From: Craspedostauros australis
Taxonomy: Eukaryota
NCBI GenBank assembly: GCA_030167865.1
Contig: JALAGF010006097.1
Location: 1 to 64,000, forward strand
Direction: 5' to 3'
DNA: 64,000 nucleotides
The position numbers were made by a program, and so were the translations under genes. Every line of letters begins with the position of its first letter. Positions within the stretch are counted from its first letter, which is position 1. Below, piece by piece: positions 55,631 through 64,000 of this stretch. The notes under the pieces were generated by a model, which made no database searches, had not been told where the DNA came from, and saw nothing but the letters and a program-made list of their open reading frames with translations.

Positions 55631-57175
55631 TTTGATGTCCGGAAGAGAATCAGAAATTATTTTCCGCGTCACATCCACGTACCACTGCCAGAGCAAGTCC
55701 GAGGATGAGCATGAAGATGGTTTTTGGTCCGGAGATTGACTCCATGTCGGCTCCTCCGCTCGTAACGATGGTCATGCCATACTGTACCATACCATTCACG
55801 CTTAACCTACGCTCATTCCTCACACAGAGCACTGCACTTTTGGCGTACCTGTGCACTTGCGAGCCTCCGCCCTGTCCGCTATTTTCATTTTGGTCAAGTT
55901 CATTCGACTGAATACTTCAGGTTGTATCCTCCGGAGCGCGGATGACATCAAACACTCCGTTTCGGACAGATTCACGGACAGTACGTTTGATACTGTGGAC
56001 TAATGGGACCATTTTGAAACAGAGTACGACTACAGTGCTACGTAGGTATGATTGTTTGGTGGTGCAACTGACGATTCACGGCCGCGCAACTTCTCACAAG
56101 AGTGCCCCTGCCTTGTGCTGCTCTGCTATACTCGTAATGGATGTTTCCTTTCACAAAAGCAAAGACGCGGTACCTACGCAGAGAGATGGACAGACAGAGA
56201 GTTGACATGTATGTATGATCATCCAAAGTAACGTCCGTACGTGTGTGCGTGTGCTCGCCAATGATCGAATCGCATCACGAAGAGACAAATCGCGCCAAAA
56301 TCAAGATCGTGAAGACAACTGGTGCCAATGCAATGTCTCTCTTGTTTTGCACACAACGCTTGCCCATGTGTCTTGACGACCACGCCAACCTCGAGGACCG
56401 GCCACAAAGGCGTTTGATCGCTCATGAACCCGCGCTTGCAAATGAGTAACAAGGGGGAATTGACGCCAGAGAGAGAGAGAGAGTCGCACACACAATCCAC
56501 ACACAACAAATACTTCAACAGGGAATTTTTCGGACACGAGACGGTGGCAGAAGGGCATTCCACTCTGCGATGCTTCGCATCCATGTCTGGTGGTCTTCGA
56601 ACAGATACGGTTCTTGTGGGATGCATGCCGCAAGGCTGCGCAGGTCCTGCACTATCCTGCGGCTGACTCAAATCGCATTCTCTTCCAGCTGAGATTGAGC
56701 GATATGCAGAGAGACACGCATCAGACATGGCACGCAGGCAGGCAGGCAGACACGATGGCACGATGGTGATCCGTCACACAAGAGCAATACATTGGTGGAG
56801 CAGTTCTCGCATCGCGATGCACTCTCGCATCAAATGCAACCAACATCCAAACAGTACTCATCAGTACTGGAGTGGCTCCGTGCTGTACGATCTACTCCAA
56901 TCCCTGCGTATGTCACGCACACCCTCTACGATCGTACAGATGAAAGAAGAATCGATGAAGCATTGCCAATACCTACGTCCCCCGCGCGAGTGCTGCCATT
57001 CTCCGCGATCACAGGCAAAGGCAAATGCAAATCATCAAATGCGATCATAAAATGCAGGCCACAGCAAACGAAAGCACTACTCGTAAGCGTGGCCGTCCAC
57101 ACGTTGCAGCTTCAACTTCATCAGTCGAACCAACCGGACGAACGCTTCAACTCATCATCCAGCGCAGCCTTCGAC

Positions 57176-58601
57176 ATGGAGAAGAACAGCTGTCAGAACA
57201 AGACGGGAGTCATGGCAGTCACCCAGACCATCCCCGTTCGGTCCGTGAGCGAGTACGTGACGTATCAGAGAGGATCGAACAAGATGTCTCTTCCTGATGT
57301 ACCCTGATACTGGGAGGAGGACACGGACACCGTGCAAATGCACGCGAAGGGAGTGAGATTGAAGTACACGAACTTTGTGTCGTATGGCAGGGACATATCA
57401 AAGTAAATCGAGTGCGCATTTCAGCAATACAAGCAGGATAGTACGGTGCATTCGTTCCCGCTGGATCTTACGAGAAAGGTGGTAAAGAAGCGGAACATTC
57501 ATACAGGGGCATCGCACAGGGTGAACTTCGCCCGCATGATCCAAACCAACCATTCGTCGCAGTACGACCGCAACATTCATCGTGAAGAGGTCAAGGTTGC
57601 CACTGACGTTGGATGCNNNNNNNNNNNNNNNNNNNNNNNNNNNNNNNNNNNNNNNNNNNNNNNNNNNNNNNNNNNNNNNNNNNNCGAAGTAACAAAGCAA
57701 CATCCCACAAACAACGAATGGGCGTACGGTGAGATACTCAATGACCCATTCAAATTGCGCTCAGGCACAATCAACGCCCTACCAACTTCATCTGCCTTTT
57801 GCACGCCAATCGAAACACTGTCGCAGGCATTGCAAAAATTGCGCCACCTCCGGTTGGTTTCCGATCACAGCAGTCAGCGCCCCCACCGTCGATATGATGG
57901 GCGATATCATCAAGGGCATGAAGGGAATGGCTGTCTCATCGGAAACACCACCTGCGTGGGAGAGATTCAGCAACGACAAGCAGAGCTTAAACGATGGACG
58001 ATTTCCACTGTGCCATCATTCCGAAGAATAGAAAGATGTGGTCAACTTCATTCAACACGCTCCGTGCAGCTCTTCAGGCCAAAGAATCAACATCGCCTCG
58101 ACCGAGCGCATTCAAAACCTGGCGCTATGGCAGACCTATGCAGCCAAAAAGCAATCGATGGAGATTGCCTTCGAAGAGCATCCTGAAACCGTTGTGAACA
58201 ACCACAGTCGGTCTGTGGAGCGCAAATGGCTCTTTCATGGCACGACAAGGGAGAACGCCACCAAGATCGAGAGACAGGGATTCAATCGATCATTTGCTGG
58301 GCGCAACGGAACACATCACGACAAAGGCGTATATAATACTTTGCAAGCGATCTATCCACCTCGACCAATCATGCATACTCCGTCGTCTGATGACGATAGC
58401 GTCCAACGAATGTTCATGTGCCGCGTAGCTATTGGAGACTTTTACCAAGGAACAAGCAACCAGCTGATCCCTGACATCAAACCGAATCAACAGGCGGAAC
58501 TCTTTGATTCCACGGTCGACAAAATGGACAATCCATCCACCTTTGTGGTGTGTCACGACGCCCAGGCCTACCCAGCGTACTTTGTCACATTTACTCGATA
58601 G
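57176..58601 (+). pseudogene. Disrupted WWE-PARP (PARP14/15-like mono-ADP-ribosyltransferase) gene
   Basis: WWE-like HRVNFARMIQTNHSSQYDRNIHR. PARP motifs ERIQNLALW, WLFHGT, GFNRSFAGRNG, MFMCRVAIG and FDSTVD..NPSTFVV..DAQAYPAY. Stops and frameshifts are present, and the locus spans an N gap. Confidence 0.75.
57617..57684. other. Assembly gap (68 N)
   Basis: Run of n characters. Confidence 1.
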
Positions 58602-60552
58602 GTGATGTCATAGACAGAGACAAATGTGAGTTGGGCAGCGTAGTTCATCCGTTCTATCGGAGGCGCACGATACAGTAATCCTGCTGCCCAAGACACAAAC
58701 GCACGCATGTAGCCTCGCAATGGAACGAGAAAACGCGTTCGTCTACTTCTTTGTACGAATATGCTGAATCAATGGCACTTGCCCACTTCACCCTATTGTT
58801 ATAGTTGGCTGACCTGCTGGAGCTGAGTGGTTGGAGCAAACTTGCTTCATGCGGTCGCATAGCTCGACAGAGAGGAATCGGAGACACCCTGGGCATGAAC
58901 AGTCAGATCATGAGATGGCATCACACATGGCCAATCGCAACTTTTCATTCCGCTCCAAATGGGAGCACAGTGGATGGCAGCCACGTTACAAGTTGTGTGT
59001 ATTCTACTTGTCATCGCTGTTGCGAAGGAACAACGAAGGTCTGGAGCGAGGTGAGCAAGAGCGTCACTCAAATGGATCACAACAGGGTGGCACGAACGCC
59101 GCTGCCAACACATCAGTCGTTGAAGTCGGCTTGTGTGATGACAGGCTCGACATCGATGCCGCGTGGCGAGATCCAACAATGAAACCAATAAACCAAAGAA
59201 AGCCAGAGAGCGAGAGGGTAGATTGGCGGTTCTGCCACCTCTGTTGAAGACATGTTGCTCGTTAGGCAATGCAATAGCTGACTGTGAACAATCTATTCTG
59301 TGGGTTCTCAGCGCCGCTGGGCGGGCTCACTCATCTTGACGCAGTATCTAGCAGATGATGCGGGAACAAAATGAGGGACATAACTCTTGCGCTGCATCCA
59401 ATGAACCTGCTTGAGCTGTATTGCGGACACAAGTGCAATGCGCTCCTCTCTCCAGCAAGAGAGAGAGAGAGAGACCAAGAGCTCACAGTGATGTTCAAAC
59501 CTGCTTGCGACAGAACATCTCGAGCAGAACTCCCATGAGCAACCTTGATTGATGTCCTGTTATCCGTGCCATCGGTGACCTGCTCTGCTCGTACTCGTAT
59601 CACAGTTCCATACTGCCTGCGTCGAAAGCACAGCACTCGTGTCAAATGAGCAACTCCTTCCGACGGCTGTGCAGCCTCCACCAGCTCTGCTTGAAGTCGA
59701 TTGGAGAGGAAAGGGTGAAGAGTTTTGTGCTGCTGCGTCTCTGTACGGAGCGAGGCACTTTGGGGAAGACACATCGACAGCGATGATGTCCCAATTGTGA
59801 TTCGTCTCTGGCTTTATCGTTATGTGTGACACAGATCATCCAAAACTCCATGCAACTCTCGCGGCCGACAGCCAGTCTGGGATTCCAAAGCTCTATCAGC
59901 CAGGTAGACTCTTCCAAGCATGTCAGCGCAAGCGTGGAAGAGTACAGAGAGGTAAGGGAGTCAGCGGTATCCGGTGTTCGTCGTCCACAGTATCATTTAT
60001 TCTGCTTTTGTGAATCACGGTTGTGCTTTGTCCAAACATGTCGAGCCTGCATGAATTTGTCACCAGCCAAACCTTGAATCAAGACGACTGTGAGCGATCC
60101 TCTTGGAATCGTACCAAAACTCCACTAAGTACTACGACCAAAGTAACCATATCTGGTTGATATTTGTACTTGTCGACGGGTTCTTCAACGAAGATCACGG
60201 AACACATACGTTGTGGCCGAATGCAGACTCAATAAATCAAGTTGACATTCCTTGCGTTCGGCGGAAATATCGTTTCCGACATGGCGCAACAAACGCTTAA
60301 GTGGAGCTCTGGCTGGATCCGCCTTTCGTTGGAACCGCGAGGTCGCATCAACATTCGGAACAATGGAGATTGGTTCGTCTGCGCATCTGCGTTGCTCCAA
60401 ACCCACCTTGAAGACTCAGCATATCGCACGCAAAGTCGTACAAACACCGTATCCAAACTCGCGCCCGGCGAAATGGTAGGGAGGCGACCAATTGCGTCTC
60501 TGTGTCATACTCGAAGCGTGCTGGAACCACTTCATACCAATACATCCACGCG

Positions 60553-60656
60553 CTCGTACATGTGTTCGTACCTTTGTTCGTACGTGTGGTGGTACATTTG
60601 TTCGTACGTGTGTTCGTACGTGTGTTCGTACGTGTGTTCGTACGTGTGTTCGTACG
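60553..60656. repeat. 12-bp tandem repeat (TTCGTACGTGTG), about 8.7 copies
   Basis: Units: ctcgtacatgtg, ttcgtacctttg, ttcgtacgtgtg, gtggtacatttg, four copies of ttcgtacgtgtg, and a partial ttcgtacg. Confidence 0.95.
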
Positions 60657-61038
60657 AGCCAAGCACCCTGTTTGCGATTACGACGCTCGGGCAGCAAACC
60701 TGTGCAAGTAGTCAATCAGCTAACAGAAACCACAGTGCAAGTACAGACAAGTACAGACACACAATTGATACGATCCGACAAAACGAGCAGCAGCAGCAGC
60801 AGGACCGACAACAACGATAACAACAGAGACGCATTCATCTTTTTCCGTCTCATGTCAGCCCTGATCAACTCACAATATTCCAACGCTCATAATCTTCAAG
60901 CTCAGTCTTCACGAAGCAAGTACCCAACAACCCCATCCATTCCGCCACTTGTAACAGCAACCAGCAACGGTATCCAAACAGCAACGCACACGCACAAGAG
61001 CAAACAGTAAACAACGAATACCATCTAGAACAGCCACC

Positions 61039-61956
61039 ATGATGCTCAACACTACAAGAGTCTTGCCAACGACCTACACTCCACTTCCGCACACAATCCT
61101 GATTGGCAAAGGCAAGCGGTGCATCTCCGCCACTGGCAACAAGCGCCTGGCTTGCGTCATCGAAATGTACCGCAATGCCTACCTATCCGCATCCAAGCAG
61201 CAAAAGACGGACATCGTCACCAACATCATCGAGATGGTGAAGGCGTCCAATGTCGGCCCTGCCCCTTTCGTCAAGTTCCACGACGGTCGGTGGCACGAGA
61301 TGAACGAAAGCGCGGCCAGGACCAAGGTCGGCTGCATGATCCGTGACGCTCTGTCTTCAAAGTACAAGTCCAGCACGCAGCTCCGCGTCAAGCGCCGACG
61401 GGAAATGCAACAGGCTTTCACAGAAGCGCAGCTGGCCCAAATCCGTTCGACTGCAATTCAACTCAGCGGGGTTTCCGGTGCGAGCGTGGACAGCCGAAGC
61501 GAGGCTGTTCACAGCATTCCGCCCCCGAAGACCCAATCAGCCCCCACGTTCTCCCAGACCCAGGACATCATCCCAGGATCTTCCGCACAGACAAGCCTTT
61601 CCAGGATAGTTTCGGATCATGACTACACATCCGATGATGGAAGTCATTCGACACAAACCGTGGCGGAAAGAGCACAATCTTTGCAAGACTCCACTTCGCC
61701 AGCAGGAAGAGCTGCACAGCTGTTGCAACCGTCAACGGCTCCACAACAAGTCTTCAGCTCTCAGAACAACACCATGGCGCAGTCACCAGCCAATGGCACG
61801 GACCACATTCCCAACTTGGAGCTTGATGTCGTAGAATGCGACATCGAAAAGGCAAAGACATGGGCATGCTTTGACGACGCCATGAACTTCCACCAAGTTG
61901 GTGATAGTGCACTTGCTATGGACATCAAGAACTTTGAACTCTTCAGCGTGATATGA
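61039..61956 (+). CDS. DUF6824-domain protein (diatom-expanded family, putative DNA-binding)
   Basis: ILIGKGK....TGNKRL.....YRNAY..ASKQQKTDIV..I....PFVK..GRW.E.....ARTKVG..IRDAL, followed by a low-complexity Ser/Gln-rich tail. Confidence 0.8.
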   Translation: MMLNTTRVLPTTYTPLPHTILIGKGKRCISATGNKRLACVIEMYRNAYLSASKQQKTDIVTNIIEMVKASNVGPAPFVKFHDGRWHEMNESAARTKVGCMIRDALSSKYKSSTQLRVKRRREMQQAFTEAQLAQIRSTAIQLSGVSGASVDSRSEAVHSIPPPKTQSAPTFSQTQDIIPGSSAQTSLSRIVSDHDYTSDDGSHSTQTVAERAQSLQDSTSPAGRAAQLLQPSTAPQQVFSSQNNTMAQSPANGTDHIPNLELDVVECDIEKAKTWACFDDAMNFHQVGDSALAMDIKNFELFSVI

Positions 61957-64000
61957 ACACGACGACTGCGGCCAAGGATGAATTGTACGAATGGAATGAA
62001 CGACATATGGCTGTACTTTTGCATATACACATATAATAGTATGAATTCTACACAGACCTCTATGCACTGTCATATGAATTTAGTACGATTCGACTGTCTG
62101 CTTGGAATGCTCCACTCGTACGAGTAGAGTGCTCTGCGCTGTTGTCTGTCACCAGATCTGTATGTGCCCGCTTGTGAAATATAGAAGTGTGGAGTACGGG
62201 GAATTGAGAGCGTTGGACGATCCGGAATGGGGAAACAGGATCACTATACACGCGATGACGACCACACCTACGTGTAATGCATCCAAAACAACGACCAAGG
62301 CCGCACATGATTGGAGACAGGCACTCGTACGGAAGCGTATCGTTTGGGAAACTTCAATGGGTATGTTTGCGCAAGTACACCGCTGCATTCTGTATTGACG
62401 AGGAACGATGCCGTATAGTCGTACTCGTAGAGAAATCAAGATATTAGTGCACATTCCAGGCAGCGTTAGGCGAGAGCCGACTCTCGTTTCTGAGCGCACA
62501 AAGCGTTGACAATGAAAATCCAGGATGCTCTGAGCTGCATGCAAAGATGCTACCATTATCTGTTATTCCCTGCTGCATGGCTAGTGACAAGCCTTCATTG
62601 CATTGGTTTCTTGCGTATGTCGCTCTGTCGATCCTCTTCGTTGTGGAGGAGCAAAAGCCCGATCGCCGAAGTGAAATACCTGTGTGGAGAATACGACATT
62701 TCTTTGAGCACTGTACGTCGTCACACTCTCTGGCTGTTGCAGCATGCTGCTTGTTGAGCCTCTCTTTCCTCGATTCGCACGAGCACGCGTCCGCCATGTT
62801 CACGACGTCATATTATTGGTTCAATGGCTGCCATAATTGTTTGGATCTGACTGCGTTCTTGCTTCTGATCATCAGCCGACATCATCGACGAGAACTGGAC
62901 CTGAACGAAGTTGTCATCTAGCATCGCATCAGACGTTCTGTAATCTGAGGTTGGCGATCGTTGGCATCGCTGCTCGCATCCCGCTCGCCTTCTGCAGCTG
63001 AGTCAGAGATGTTGCTTTGTTGCTCCTTGCTGCCTTTCGATCGCTTCGTGCTAGTGTCTATCTGCCTTCGGCTGGCTTCGACAGCTCGTTTGCATTCAAC
63101 CTCCTCCGGGCTTGACCCTCGGTTCCTAGGATCTATCCCGCTCGGTGCTTGCCGCCCTCGGCATGCCGCAGGGCACTCCGTACCGTATTGACACCCTGCT
63201 GTCGGCCATCGAGAGTTCATAGACTCCATCAGCAGACCCAATCTGGGCTCTGATTTGCCACGAATGCACTGCAACTCAGACCAAGCTGCTGATAGCAAAG
63301 CAAGATGTGGACGGCTTAGTCGATCCAAGATTCACAGCCTCTAACTCCCTACATTGCTTGCCTGCGTTTGCACGGCTCTACTCTTGATGACAGTCGCGCA
63401 GCTCAAGCACTTTCCATGTAACAGTCGGCGTTGATGTTCATGTTCATGCTGATGCTATTGCCATTCTTATTTGCCCGTATTATCATTACCAACATCCAAT
63501 AAATCAGCATAGGTGCATTCTCGCACATAGAGTAGATGGATAGACAACGACTGCTGTTCCTCACACGTCTGCTCTTTACACTCTCTCTCGAGCTATTGCT
63601 TCTACGACTCCGCGACCGGCGATATTGTCGCCTCCGCCAAGTCCTCTCCATCCCTACTATCTATCACACCTGAGGACCCTGCCGGTCTACTTGGTCGTCA
63701 GCTTCTCGATTCAATCCGACATGCAATTTCTTCCATTCACAATTCCGCAACGAATTGGGTCTGACTTTGTCCAAATTCGCACAGTCATTTTTGACAACCG
63801 TGAATGGCTTCAGTGCACAAATGATGACGAAGAGTTTTGTTGGGGAGGCATCGCAGTTATGAAAACCACACGAAGGAGAACGTTCGCATCCCTGCGCCCG
63901 TTGCCTGTGTTGGTAGCGGGTACGAATGTGCTGCCTTCTATCTCCAAGCAGGCTTCGATCTCTACGCGTACGACTACTCTGCTCCATGCTCCATTGGCAC

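Noticed and set aside
51315..55696. Minus-strand ORFs of 369 aa (51315-52424) and 339 aa (54677-55696)
   Set aside because: Each is antisense to a well-supported + strand gene and carries no motifs.
60553..60656. Possible CRISPR array, or ORFs with CSYV/RTCV/RTHV repeats
   Set aside because: The units are contiguous 12-mers with no spacers and there are no cas genes. The repetitive ORFs in several frames are by-products of the repeat.
62000..64000. Possible transposon ORFs at the window end
   Set aside because: No RT, integrase, transposase, LTR or TIR motif could be recognised by eye.

Overview
Eukaryotic, intron-containing genomic DNA with compact genes. It is most likely from a diatom, based on GT-AG introns of about 110-410 nt, bipartite plastid presequences (AAF/QAF-type), RxL motifs and a DUF6824 protein. 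About 23 genes or gene fragments and 2 pseudogenes are supported. Housekeeping genes include mTERF, an ABCC transporter, OSCA/TMEM63, GatB, TrhO and an RRM protein. The most striking locus is one uninterrupted ORF (36639-40436, minus) fusing a signal peptide, an Ero1 oxidoreductin, a soluble Osm1/Frd1-type fumarate reductase and a cytochrome b5 domain. This is a candidate self-contained, oxygen-independent disulfide-formation machine. Other unusual genes: an intron-containing cobyric acid synthase (CobQ) with a ~690-aa disordered tail; a GAF-like domain fused to an HPP membrane domain; a Lon-type AAA+ protein with no protease domain; an ankyrin-BTB cluster with a pseudogene; and head-to-head RxL-containing type I membrane proteins, one with a CDK-site repeat tail. 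All domain calls come from motif recognition by eye; no database searches were run. No rRNA, tRNA, CRISPR or recognisable intact transposon was found. An assembly gap lies at 57617-57684.
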